A DNA stretch of 64,000 bases, from NCBI RefSeq assembly GCF_018350175.1, contig NC_058368.1, positions 65,164,001 to 65,228,000 on the forward strand, given 5' to 3'. The position numbers and the translations under genes were made by a program. Source of the stretch: Felis catus (Eukaryota). A model generated the notes under the pieces. It worked only from the letters and a program-made list of their open reading frames with translations. It had not been told where the DNA came from and ran no database searches. Positions 39,091 through 51,924 of this stretch are shown here, piece by piece; within the stretch, counting starts at the first letter, position 1; every line of letters begins with the position of its first letter.

Positions 39091-39554
39091 AAAACCCAAA
39101 TTTTTGTTGTTATTCGAGAAATTAACTTGGTGCACTGATTGCAAGTAAACAGTGAATGCGCCTATCAATTTCCTCTCACGTGACTTGGAAACTGTGACAG
39201 GAGGTGCCACTGAGCTTCATTAGGTGTTTCAAATAATTTCCCATCATAAATTGATCAAATTCTCACATCACAAAATAATCAAATCGCCAAAATTTTTAAA
39301 TGTCTGTTCTGAGAAAAATACAAGGGTTTATTAAGTTTTAGTAAGGACTTCTATCCTAAAGATACTTTTAGCAAAGTTGAAGAGATAGTGATAGACATGA
39401 AAAGTTAAATAGCAACATGGGACTGAAAATGTCAAGAAAATTAGGAAAGCAAGGTCTTAGAGGGAAATATATGTTGCATGGTAAATACAGAGATTACAAA
39501 TAAAGGCCTCTGAGAGTTTCAGAAAGATGTGTAGGGAAGGATGTAGGGTCCGAG

Positions 39555-39778
39555 CAGCACTTCTCAGCTGGGGGCAGTTGGGCCCTCGGAAGATGATGAG
39601 CAAGGCCTGGAAATTTTTTGGGCCGCCACACTGGTGTCTAATGGATAGACACCAGGGATGCTGCTGAACATCTTGCAATGCACAGAACATCCCTCCACCC
39701 ACCCAAAAATAATAATAATCATCATCATCATCATCATCTAGCCCAAAATGTCAGTAGTGCCAAGGTTGAGAAACTCTG
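39555..39778. mobile_element. MER20 hAT MITE with (AAT)n(CAT)n microsatellite
   Basis: ccagggatgctgctgaacatcttgcaatgcacagaaca...gcccaaaatgtcagtagtgccaaggttgagaaactctg. Confidence 0.88.
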
Positions 39779-39989
39779 GACTAAAGCTAAGCCATTTCAT
39801 AAAAAGAATTTCACTAAAGTGCAGAAAGGTGGAGAAGAGATACGGCAGAGTGAAGTAAAGAGTCACAGATACAAAGGACTTCGGGCTGAAGCATTAAAGG
39901 GTGCTAAGTGGATCGGTTTAACTTGAGTGACAGGCATTAAACAGGAGTGGCCAGTCTTTAAGTACAGACTAAAAAGAACATGAGGCATT

Positions 39990-40130
39990 ATTACCAGATA
40001 TAAGAGTTTGAACAATTATTTGCCTCCTGTGAGCCAGATTTTCCTTATCTATAAAATGAAAATCATATTTACCTCTTATATTTGTGGTCAAGGTCAAACC
40101 AGATAACTTTAAGTGCCTCCCATCTTGGCA
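39990..40130. mobile_element. MIR fragment
   Basis: ttttccttatctataaaatgaaaat core. Confidence 0.55.
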
Positions 40131-40959
40131 GGACAACAGGAGACAATCAATAGGAGACAGGGAAAAAAGCCATTCCTTCAATTCTCTAGGCCCTGAGGAT
40201 TACCGAGGTTCAATTTTCAATTACTGATTGAAATTACTGATTTTCCATCATTACTGCCATCAACCAAAGGCTTATTAATTAAGCTTTTATTATCTGCTTC
40301 CATCCTTTCCTTCATTTATTCAATAATTACTTCTTCAGTTATCCTTCCTTTGAGGCAATGTTCTCTTCCCTTAAGAGAGCTTTCATGCTCTTAGAGAAAA
40401 GCAGATTTATTAATTAAAAAAGTATGAAGGAGTCTTGCAAATCCTCTTAATGAATAAGGCACAGATGACTCCAAACTTCTAACTTGTCTCCTGAACAACG
40501 ATCATAAGGAACCCTAAATCTAGACACTGTCATCTACTGTGGTAACACTTGAAATTCACCCTGACTTCTAATATTATATATCAAACAGTTCTCTCTTAAT
40601 ATGATCAAATTCTCCTTGTTCAAGTTGGAAACACTTTGTTGTATCACCATCTTTGTTCTTAAACCTTGCCTACATACACACCGCCTTTGTTGAAATTCTT
40701 GCCTGGTGCAGTGGTATAGGGATTGCTTCTGCTTGATTAGGCAAACAGAAGATACTTTATAGATAGCCTTGGCTGGGACTGGTGTCCATGCTGGGTGCTG
40801 AGATTGTGGTAAATGAACATTAGCCATCACTTCTAGTATAGGGTGCAGTCTTGCATATGGAAAGATAGGATGGCAGAGTGAACTCAAGACGTCATCAGCT
40901 CTGGTTCATGGTTGTCTGAAACAGTGCTGTGAGGTCTCACAGTGGAAAATATTCATAGT

Positions 40960-41360
40960 TTGCCAAAACCAGTAGGAAAGGATGTCATTTGGAATACTTG
41001 AGGCATGAGGTGAAAGATAAGTAGGTGCTTATCAGGTAGAAAAATTAGAGGAGAGTATTCCAGGCAAAAACAACATCTTGAAGGTAAAAAGGTTTGCAGG
41101 AGGAACGCTGGTTCCATGGCTGTGGAACCCCACAGGTGGTTCTCCTTGGCTAAGTCATGGGGCATGAAAAGGGGAGCTGCAGGAGAGGCAACCTGATTGC
41201 GAAAGGCCGTGTAGGCCATCCTGATGATTTTGGCTTTTACAGGAAGTTAGGTGGAGTTATTTTAAACATTTTTAAAAGAAGGTAAAAACATCACCATGTT
41301 TGTGTCTCTAGATAGATACTCTGGCTGCACTGTGCAAGATGTGTTAGAAAAGGCAAAGTC
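40960..41360 (-). mobile_element. L2 fragment
   Basis: gagagtattccaggcaaaaaacaac...gattttggctttta...actctggctgcactgtg. Confidence 0.55.
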
Positions 41361-41477
41361 GAGGAATAAATACTGCAAATACCAATACAGAAAGTTCTTG
41401 ACTTCCGTACTTAATCTTGGGAGCACTGTACTGAAACAAATAGATTATAAGAATAGATTTCCCCCCTGCAACACCCC

Positions 41478-42362
41478 AAAAACAAATAACTCAACTTCAA
41501 ATTTGACAGAAGACATGACCAGACATTTCTCCCAAGAAGACACTCAGATGGGCAACACATAAAAAGATGCTCATCATCACTTATCATCAGGGAAATGCAA
41601 ATAAAAACTACAATGTAATATCACCTCATATCTGTCGAATTGGCTAAAATCAACAAGATAAAAAACAGCAGATGTTGGTGAGGATGTGCAGAAAAAGGCA
41701 CCCTCTAACACTGTTGATGGGAATGCAAAGTGGTGCAGCCACTCTGGAAAACAGTATGGAGGTTCCTAAAAAAATTTAGAAATAGAACTATCCTATGATC
41801 CAGTAATCGCACTACTGGGTATTCACCGAAATACAAAAATTCAAAGGAATATATGCACCTCTTTGTTTATAGTAGCATTATTTACAATAGCAAGATATGA
41901 AAGCAGCCCAAGTGTCCACTGATTGGTGAATGGATAAAGAGTGGCATATATATATTTATATATATTTATAATGGAATACTTTTCAGCCATTAAAAAGAAT
42001 GAAATCTTGCATATCTGCCATTTGCAAGGACATGGAAAGAGCTAGAGGGTATAATACTAACTGAAACAAGTCAGTCAGAAAAAGACAAATACCATAGGAT
42101 TTCACTCATTCGTGGAATTTAAGAAACAAAACAAATAAGCAAAGAGAAAAGAGAGAGAGAAACCAAAACCTAGACTCTTAACTACAGAGAACATGCTGAT
42201 GGTTACCAGAGGTAGGGGAATGGGTTAAATGGGTGGTGGGCATTAAGGAGTGCACTTGTGATGAGCACCAGGTGTTGTATAGAAATGTTGAATCACTATA
42301 TTGTACACCTGAAACTAATATTATACTGTATGTTAACTAACTGGAATTAAAATAACTCAAAA
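41478..42362 (+). mobile_element. Carnivore L1 3' end
   Basis: agacatttctcccaagaagacac...ggtgcagccactctggaaaacagtatggagg...ttgtacacctgaaactaatattatactgtatgttaacta. Confidence 0.92.
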
Positions 42363-42364
42363 GT

Positions 42365-42560
42365 GGGGCACCTGAGTGGCTCAGTCAGTTGAGCATCCAG
42401 CTCTTGATTTCCGCTCAGGTCATGATTCCATGGTCGTGAGATTGAGCCCCCATGTCGGTCTCTGCCTGGTTGATTCTCTCTCCCTCTCCTTCTGCCCCTC
42501 CCTCACTCGCTTGCTCTATCTCTCCAAACCAAAATAAAATAACAAAATAACAAAATTAAT
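42365..42560 (+). mobile_element. Can-SINE in the L1 A-rich tail
   Basis: ggggcacctgagtggctcagtcagttgagc head, CT region, A-rich tail. Confidence 0.9.
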
Positions 42561-42640
42561 TAATACAAATTATTTGCATTAATTATTAGAAAGATGAGAA
42601 AACAAAGAACAGGCTCCCCTGTACATTCCCTAATCTGTAC

Positions 42641-42867
42641 TTTTTTTTTTTAATTTTTTTTTCAGCGTTTTTATTTATTTTTGGGACAGAGAGAGACAGA
42701 GCATGAACGGGGGAGGGGCAGAGAGAGAGGGAGACACAGAATCGGAAACAGGCTCCAGGCTCTGAGCCATCAGCCCAGAGCCTGACGCGGGGCTCGAACT
42801 CACGGACCACGAGATTGTGACCTGGCTGAAGTCGGACGCCCAACCAACTGCGCCACCCAGGCGCCCC
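42641..42867 (-). mobile_element. Young felid SINE (SINEC_Fc type)
   Basis: Near-identical to the copies at 3872 and 14229; flanks ctgtac(a)tttt. Confidence 0.95.
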
Positions 42868-42887
42868 TGTACATTTTTTTTTTTTTT

Positions 42888-43000
42888 AAGAAATTAGCTC
42901 ACATGATTAAAGACGCTGGCAATTTCAAGATCCAGAGTGGGCCAGCAGGCTGTAGACCCTAAGAAGAGACAATGCTACAATTCAACTCCAAAAGCCTTCA
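42888..43000 (-). mobile_element. MLT2 LTR fragment
   Basis: aagaaattagctcacatgatta...gggccagcaggctgtagacc. Confidence 0.6.
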
Positions 43001-43004
43001 GACC

Positions 43005-44600
43005 AAATGACTTCCAAGTCCCTTTCTTTACTCCAGCTCTTTCTCATGATTTCTGAACTCTCCACTAGATATGTCCACTTGGTTGGCCCAAAGCATCAGT
43101 AACTTAATATTCACCAAACTTAATCCATGTCTCCTTCCCCAAACCTGCCATTCCTCCATTATCTCCAATATTACATAAAGGCCTTCCTTCTTTCCAAAGG
43201 TCTAAGCTAGAAACCTACGTGTCTTTTTAGCTTCCTCTGTCTCCCAATTACCATAACAAAGCATGCACCTGGGGCATGAATTTCTGGCCTTCTAAGCATC
43301 TCTTCTATACACCCTTTTCTTTATCTCAGCTGCTTCAAACATAGTCATCTCTTGTCTAGAACACTGCAGTGGGTTCCTGATCAATCTGATCAGTGATCAA
43401 TCTGCTTCTTATTTTACCTTATCTCTCTGCATCCAATCTGCTTTTTCATATTCTCTCTCCAACATGCCCATTCCAAATGCATCCACTATGTCAATATTTC
43501 AAAAAAATTCCATGTCATAGTACTTATATTCTTGGAAAATCTTCCCTATGACCTACAAAAACAAATCTGCACAATTTTCAATATAAGCAAATCCTTCCAT
43601 GGCCTGGCTTCTGCCTAAATCTCCAACAATACTTCTCACCTTTGAACCTCAGGATCCTTATATCCAGACAGGGTCCCCCCACCCTGAATTTCCCTGGCGA
43701 GTTCAGTTCCATTATAAAGTCCTTACTTTGCACAGAACATCTCATGTCACAACTTCTTTGTGACTAGTGGAGTGCTGTCACTATTCTCTTCTCCATTCAA
43801 GTATTACTTTCCTGTAGTACTACTGTATGCCAGGGACTATGCTCAATGCCAACAATACAAAGATGAATAAGACAGTGTATTGCACATGGCAAACATCTAA
43901 CAAAGTATGAGAAACTAAAATAAATAGGCGCAGAAAACGATTACAAAGTACAGTGGAACACATAGAAGGGGAATATGGCTGGTTCTTCCTGTGAAGAATC
44001 ATGAAATCTGGAAAGGTTATCTAAGAGAGATGACACTAGAGTTCATGTTCACCAGATAAAGAGGAATGGAAGAATAATTACATCCAAAAAAGCAGTGTGA
44101 GCACAGACCACAGTAGAGCACGGTATGCAAAAGGAAGTTGCAATGTGCCCACTTGACTGGTATACAGAAGTTCACAGGCAGAGGTGACAAAGGATGAGGT
44201 GAACAGAAAGAGGTGGGGATGGGTAGCAAATAATAAGGCTGGAAAAGATGGTCAAAGACAAAATCATAAAAGTATTTGTATGCAAATTTCCCATCACTAA
44301 CACAGTGGGAAATGTGAATGCAACTGGATTTACAAGAAGGATAGGATATGAAGGACAAGCCAGGAGATCAGGAACAGCCAGTACCGATCATTGCTGGGGC
44401 CCGACAAGTACACAAACATGTAAATTGGACAACAGCAGAAATGGTGAAGAGGAAAAACAGATAAGTGGGTTATTAAAGAAGCACACACAAAAGAACTCAA
44501 TGTAGACTGCATGTGGTTTGGGGTGAAGAAGAGGGAGGAGTCCATATTGATTCCTGTTTTTCTGGCTACGGTGATTTGATGAATGTTACTATAACAATCC
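43005..44600. mobile_element. L2 fragments (sense ~43005-43750, antisense ~43820-44600)
   Basis: Pyrimidine-rich L2-like text switching to purine-rich tactgtatgccagggactatgct...agatgaataagacag. Confidence 0.55.
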
Positions 44601-44939
44601 AACCCTTTTTTCAGAAAGGAACAGTTTTATCACTTATAAATGGAATTGTTTCTTTTTTCTAAATTAAGTGACTTTCATAAGAACATGTTATTTTTTGACT
44701 ACCAAATGCAAACCTAATCATTTTCAAACAAAATCGTCTCAGTTAATATTCATCGGTTATTATCCTACAATTTTTTTTACAAATTTTTCTTCTTGCTGCT
44801 AGCAAATACCAGAGGCATATCGTTTTTTTGTATTCATCCGTGAGTCCCCAAGGATTGGATTACTATATTCTATTTTTTTGTTGTTGTTTTCAAATTAAGT
44901 GGAATCTACTTTCACTTTAAAGAGAAATATGAATTTTTA

Positions 44940-45150
44940 TGATTTTAATGTTTGATTGAAGTATAATTGACATGCAGTCTCCTATTAGTTTCAGGTGTAC
45001 ATCTTTGTGATTCGATATTTTTATACATGAGGAAATGATCCCCATGGTAAGTCTAGTTACCATCTGTCACCATACAAGGTTATTATAATACTATTGACTA
45101 TATTCCCAATGCTGTAGATTACAGCCCCATGACTTATTTATTTTATAACT
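44940..45150 (-). mobile_element. L1 3' terminal fragment (L1MA9/L1_Carn-like)
   Basis: attgaagtataattgaca...attagtttcaggtgtaca...agtctagttaccatctgtcaccatacaa. Confidence 0.85.
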
Positions 45151-47401
45151 TAATAGCAGCTTGCATTTACTAAGCAACCCACCAACAAGAAAATCAGTGA
45201 TTTTGATGGTCACAAGAAAAAGCCACACGCTAGTCCTTTTTACAGCGCGGGTTTAATTGCAGCCCAAGTTGTACTTTTTCCTTTCCTCAGCTAACAATGC
45301 CAAAAACATATGTGGTGAGTTAACAGCCAAAGTAATTGAAATGTGGGATTCTTGGCTGCCGATAGGGCAACACCAAACCTCGGGAGCTAACAAGAGGTGT
45401 CGATGATTCATTAACAAAACATAAAATTGTGAGATGGGTAGCTAGGCATCCAGTAAGAGCCAATTACTATGACTAGTTCCCAGAGTTTGCCTTTGGCTGG
45501 AAAGAACTGCCAGTTAGCAGTATCACCATTGGCTGCCACTCTGCATGAAAGCCAATGCTTGCAAAACAGCATGTATGGGCTGTTTTATATAGAGGTGGAA
45601 GAGGCCAATAAAGTTCCTCTACTTGTCTTCGCGGTATCAGTCTGGAGGGAAATTAGGCAGAAATCTCCAATTCAGAAAGTTATACAGTACTCCATATTAA
45701 TGACAGACATCTTATGTTTGAATGGTGGGAGAGTTGAAAGAATTTCCACACACATGCAATGAGCACACGTTGTATATTCGGAACTCCTAAGTACGTGTTA
45801 AAGATGACAAGGAAGCTGATGCCTAGAATAGCTTGCCCAGAACCTAACTTCCTAATTCCAGTGCCTGTTTAGTAACCTGAATTAGCGTTTCTATACAAAC
45901 ACTCTAAATTTTGTCAGCCCTGGAGCTTGTTGTTTATTAACACATCCCCAGTTTAATAGCTTTTGACATAAAAGGGAGCTGCCCTTCAATCACTTCTATT
46001 CCCACAAAAAAACAATATTTATAAACTGTTAACATTCCATGTCATGTGTTTAAAAGAAAATCCCAATCTAGTTGCTGTCCTTCACCACTCCAGAAGGTAA
46101 AGAGGAATACGCCCAGATTGTTGTATTTCATGCCACGTCTGCTGCCTCTTAGCACAAAGCAAAGAGAGAAAGTTGGCGATTATTTAGTGTGGCCAGACAG
46201 ACAAATCACGCAAATCAGACTACATAACATCCTGCCTATTACTCGGTAGTTCAAATATTTGGATTTCCTTCATACATCTTATGAATTTTCTAGATTTGTG
46301 TAAGTTTCTTCCCTTTAACTTATGATCCTTAACCTTTACCTATTATAGATATTTTCCATTGAAACTATCTTCAGTCATTGTTTACACATATATTGTTGTT
46401 TATACGTACATACATTAAACACACTGAGTGCCCACTATCTTTCAGACTCTGAATACTACTTGCAATAAAGCCAAGTGATATTTTGAGATCATCGTTAAGG
46501 CACAAGGTTAAGTTTAAAGTGGTTACCAAGGAACACAAATATGCAAGTAATTTAATTGCGTACTAATGTTATTTTAATCCACTGAAAGATGGCATGCCCA
46601 AATATGACTCATGTTCTGTTAATAGAAGATAAGAATATCCCTGAAAGTGATGTGTCTGCCACAAATTGTCTCCATGAATGAACATTAAAACTGAATGAAA
46701 CTCTTGGGGAAAACATCTAAATGAAAAGTGAGAAGTCTAGTCAACCATCTGGAACTTTCATACAGGATGCCAAACATCCAGCTACTTGTTAAAATCTGGA
46801 TGAGTGTTAGCTGCCATTTACTTATAGCTTGAGTGCTCTACTTCAACATTCAGACGGTTCTAGTAAATGTTGATTTCTAGGCTGTTATGTACCCCTAACA
46901 TAGCAGCTCATCAATAATATTAGGATTCTAGTTTTAGTGTTGATATTTTGAATAAAAGCATATGATTAGTAAGTTCTGTGGTAATACAATAGGCAAGAGC
47001 CAATCCACTTGTAAAAATACCACTCTAGCTAAAATTGCTATGACCAATCTAAAGACTGGATTTAACTTTTATGGAAATAAAGTGTAGACTGTCCTTCTTA
47101 TCTTTTTTTCTAGTGCCAGGTACGCTTAAGACTCACAAGCAGAGGAGATTGCTGGTAAACTTCTTTCTCAAATAGATGTATTCTATACTTTGAATGTATT
47201 TCTTGGATTGCTTAAGCAAGCTATTCTTTCTAATTAACTGTTACTGTATTTTTCAAATGCACGTAATAGAGTTTCAAAATTATATAATAAAAAATAGTGT
47301 TATCTGCTTTCAAAGTTAGCATCACCTGCTGTCTTAAAACAAATGCATGACTCTATCATACATTTGCATAAGCATGCATGCAATGCATAAGTATATATAT
47401 A

Positions 47402-47419
47402 TGTGTGTGTGTGTGTCTC

Positions 47420-47453
<34 letters not shown>

Positions 47454-47455
47454 TG
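47402..47455. repeat. (GT)n microsatellite, interrupted
   Basis: Seen directly. Confidence 0.95.
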
Positions 47456-47769
47456 GTTTATGAACAACAGAAACAAAATTTCGAAGGCTGGACATCTGAG
47501 ATCAGGGTGCCACATGGTTGAATGAATCCTCTTCCAAGTTATAGACTATCTACTCCTCCTCACAGCCTTACATGGCAGAGAGTAGAGAGGGAAAGCAAGC
47601 TCTCTCATGACTCTTATAAAGTCATTAAGTCCATTCATGAGGGCTTCATCCTCATAATCTCGTCTAATCCTAATTACCTTCCAAAGGCTCCACCTCCTGA
47701 TATGATCACATTGAGGGGTGAGGTGTCAGCATGTGAATTTTGGGAGCACACAACGCTCAGTTCGTGACA
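47456..47769 (-). mobile_element. MaLR LTR (MLT1A-like), partial
   Basis: ccattcatgagggcttcatcctcata...taattaccttccaaaggctccacctcctgata...atgtgaattttggg. Confidence 0.8.
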
Positions 47770-47859
47770 ATATATATGCAACATTTTAGTCAAGTTGAAA
47801 ATCAGTATGATGCTTTTCAATATTATATACGCATACTTGTAGTACCACTACTTTTAGAC

Positions 47860-49727
47860 CCACATTGTCTAATCTAGCAACCACTAGCAGCAGTTGGGGT
47901 ACTGAACACATGAAATGTGGCTACTGCAACTGAATAACTGATTTTTTAATTGAATTAAACTTCCATTCAAATTTCGAAACCGAGGCATCATACGTTATTT
48001 GGTAAGCAGAATATTATTGCTCTGTAGAACTATATTTTACTTTAAACATTGCATTATATGAGCTATTATTATTTACTGTGCTTTGTGGGGTAGTACCCAG
48101 ACATCCTTTCTAATATACTCCATAGACACAAAAACAATCTAATTAGTACCAACAGATGGATTCAGTTGGAATATTTTGTCTATATAGCAATTGCGACATT
48201 GTAATGTGTTTCTTTGAATATTTCCTAAGTCCGTATAAGTTGCAGTGATACCTATCTAAACTGCAATTGGTAATTAGGTAGAATGTTCCATATTATTTTA
48301 ATATAATTAGTAAAATATTTTTTCTAATGAAAAATAAGGATTAAAAAAATTTTTAACTTAAAACAAAGGTACACTATTGATACAAAATCAACTTAAGATA
48401 CAGAAGCTTATGTTAGATCAGTAAAGAAAAAGAGTCTGGTTGAAAGTGTGCTGTAATTTCATGAGGAAAACCTGTTACAATTTCCTACAGTAGACCAAAC
48501 TAAAAAAGCTCTTGCTTATGGTGTAAAACTGTCTTTAAAGGTAGTAAAATGCTCAGTGTAGAGACAATTTTCAGTAATTACATAATGAATGTGATAAGAA
48601 TTTTGCCTCAAGAGTTGAAACAATTTGACAAAATTAGTCAGCTAAAATCAGAATAAAATGTCAAAAAACTTTCTAATGATTTGTTAACAAGATCTAAGCT
48701 TGTAATTATGGACAACCATAAAACAACAGATTCCCAAAAAGTAAAACTGTTTTTAAATTGAGAGATAGTAAGAGAAATTATAATTTCACACTGCATATAA
48801 GCAAGTTAAATTTGAAGCTTCAAGGAAAAGAAAAGTTTATCTGTGGCCTAAGTAGAGAGATGTAAGAATTTATGTTAAAACTGATACCTTTCATAAAGCA
48901 GAGCAATAATAATTTTACACATGTTTCTAACATGAATAGATATGCGGAAGATTAATTACAAGTGACAGCGTTACCTAAACGGGCTACAAACACTCCCAGG
49001 AAAATCTCAAGCATGCTTTGTTGATACTGATAAAACTAGAGTTGCAACATCTCTTTGAATAAGCTATAATTAATACTTACATTAATAAATTGGCATAAGA
49101 GAATAAACTTAACCCACGTATGTATAGTTTTGAAACTGAAATGCTTTCTCTTCAAAGATTCAAAGTCAAATTATTTCTTTTAAAACAGATGAACCAGCTT
49201 GGTCCACACAGATGAAAATATTAAAGAGAAATATTGTCTTAATGCTCAGTTGAGTTATTAGAAAAGTTTTAAATATGTTTGGGACAAGTAGGATATATGA
49301 GCCTATTTTTCAACTGCAAAACTTATGAAATCTAAATACAGATCAAGTATTTTTTAAGAAAATTTGGCAGCCAAATTGAGATGTGCTATAATCTTAAAAT
49401 GCGCACTAGATTTTGGAAGCCTAATACAAAAAAAAAAAAAGAGAGAGAGAGATAGAGTAAGAGAGAGAGAAAGAAGAAAGAAAGGTTTCCTTAATGTTAT
49501 ATTGATTACTTGTTGAAATGATAAAATGTTGGATATATTGGGTTAAAGAAAATGATTATTAAAATTAGTTTATGGTAGGTTGTTTTACTTTTTTAATGCA
49601 GCTCTTAGAAAATGTAAAATTATATATGTGGCAAATATATATATATATTACACAACAAATTTAAAAATTTAAAGACAAACTAAAATAATATATGTGGTTT
49701 TAATTACATTTCTATTGGATAGTGCTT
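47860..49727 (+). mobile_element. hAT-Charlie DNA transposon fossil (Charlie5/MER33-like) with transposase remnant
   Basis: MER3/MER33-type ends (ccacattgtctaat ... attggatagtgctt); degenerate 8-bp TSD ttttagac / ccttaaac; 49260-49432 translates, with one frameshift and one stop, to RKVLNMFGTSRIYEPI/FSTAKLMKSKYRSSIF*ENLAAKLRCA, resembling the hAT C-terminal dimerization domain. Confidence 0.8.
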
Positions 49728-49954
49728 CCTTAAACAAATGAATACATTGCTTTCTAAAAATATATAAAATATATTTTGCATTTGTTTTTGTTAACTAAAT
49801 TTACTATTTATCCTAATCATAACTTGAAAATGGAATTGGACAAGTCTCTTTATTAGCTACACTGATGATGTAAAGAAACTTTTTAATAAATTACCATTTT
49901 CAGGGATCATATAGTTTATTCTGATTTGAACTTATTTAATTCAAAGTATAAAGG

Positions 49955-50267
49955 CGTAGCAGAATTCTCACACAGAGAGTCATGACACCAAGGCTTTTCT
50001 TTCCAGGAAGCAACTCTATTCATGTCGGCACGGGCTCAGAGGGTTTGTACCTGAAAAACTGAGCCCCGAACGCCACCTGGTGTAGCCTTTTATGCATTTT
50101 CTACTTCTTTGTCTCCCACATATGGGTGACATATAAGCTTACAGTCTGATCGGGTGGTCTCACTTACAGGGTCCTCAGGGATGTCACTGTAGGCCCATGG
50201 TCAGGTTGCCTTCCCTTATCTTGAGGTCTTTTCTTACCACATTGCCTAGGGAGGGGACTCTACCACA
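49955..50267 (-). mobile_element. Short ERV1-class solo LTR (313 bp)
   Basis: Imperfect inverted termini cgtagcaga...tctaccaca; 4-bp TSD aagg (49951-49954 / 50268-50271). Confidence 0.75.
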
Positions 50268-51752
50268 AAGGCTGACTGCAATTTCTTTATTATCAGTCTA
50301 TTTTTTTTAGTCTTGATATAATCAGCAGACCATAATACTTTAGAATTAGAATTAAAATAATATATTGCATTTATTCAGATATAAAATGCATTATTAATAA
50401 TTTATAGGATTCTATCAAAATGATAAACAAGATAAATAATAAGGAAGAATATAAGTATATTCATTAGTGACCCTAGATTAATCTTTGCAGATAAAATTGT
50501 ACTTATCTGAAATTAATTTTATAGTTTCATTTTCAAAATGACTACACTTGTTTGCTTCAGATCTCAAGATGTCTTCCATCATTCCAAACATTTAAAAAAT
50601 AAATGTAAACACTCTTGTGAATGTTTGTTAATAAATAAACCATGTCTTCAGAATACACATAAATTCCAAAGATACTTGTAGAGTGAATGGACTTTCTCGG
50701 GAAATAATAAATAGAAAGGCTTCTATCAGATAAGTTTGGAGTAGAATTTTTGTTTGCTTAATTTGGCCAGCATTCAAACTCACAGCTTCATACCTGACCT
50801 GATAGAGAAGTAAGCCTCTGGACACAACTATCAGTAGTAATGACCTGACTTACAAATCTATTTGTTTGATGGCATTTCCATTATTTCTAATGTCAGGAAT
50901 TTACATCTGCAATTATTTATATCAAAAATCCATAGAAATTTAACACTGAAAACAAGGATTACTTTATCCAACACTTATTTTACAGATAGGAAAGCTGAGG
51001 CCCACAAATGATAAGGAAAAAAGAGCCCAAAACTCTCCTCCCAGAGATCAAATTTTCCCCCAACAAATGCATTGTTTTGTTTCTCCAGACTCTTTGCTTC
51101 CCTTCCTCTGTCAGTTTCCTTGGCCAGCTCAGTTGTTTTGTTTGTTTGGTTTGTTTTTTTTGGAGTTTTTTGTTTGTTTTGTCGTTGTTGTTGGGGGAGG
51201 GGGGGGGCGGGTAAGGGGTCTGACCTGACAAGTAATTATAGTTGAGGATAAAAGCTAAGGGACTGTGAGCTAAATATGGAAAACAGAATCTTTCCTCAGT
51301 GTAGACAGGCTAACCCGCTGTCCCCAGGACAGCAAAGCATGCTGAGGTTTCTCTGGAGGACTGGCTGAGATGTAGAGCCAGGAGGCATATTTCTCCATAA
51401 TACTAAAGCCAAATAACAGGCTTTTTCTTGATTTAAATTAATTAATTCTTTTAATTAATTAATTAATTAAATTAATTCTTGATGAATTAAAAGCAAACCA
51501 TCACTAATGGCACTCAAAATCCATGTGAGATTTTCTTCCTTCGGATATTAGAGGACTTTACTCTTTGCTGCCCAAGGAAATTAAATAACTCTTCAGATTG
51601 GAAGACTGACAGCTTGAAGAAAACTGAAATATACTGTGGAGTGTTCCACCCTGGAATTCACGTTATATTATATATCATGAAATATGTTATAGAACTGGAT
51701 GAAGTTTGACAGACATGATTTGTATTTTACCTTTATTTAAAATAGCAAAGTG

Positions 51753-51876
51753 CAGGGCACCTGGGTGGCTCAGTCTGTTGAGCATCCAACTCTTGACACT
51801 GGCTCAGGTCGTCATCCCAGGGCCGTGGGATTGAGCCCCATTTCAGGCTCCGCACTGAGACTGGAGCCTACTTCAG

Positions 51877-51924
<48 letters not shown>

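Noticed and set aside
39678..39926. ORF with NNNNHHHHHH resembling a His-tag
   Set aside because: (AAT)n(CAT)n microsatellite inside MER20; no vector context
40534..40887. 117-aa minus-strand ORF
   Set aside because: No recognisable domain or splice context; the length is compatible with chance
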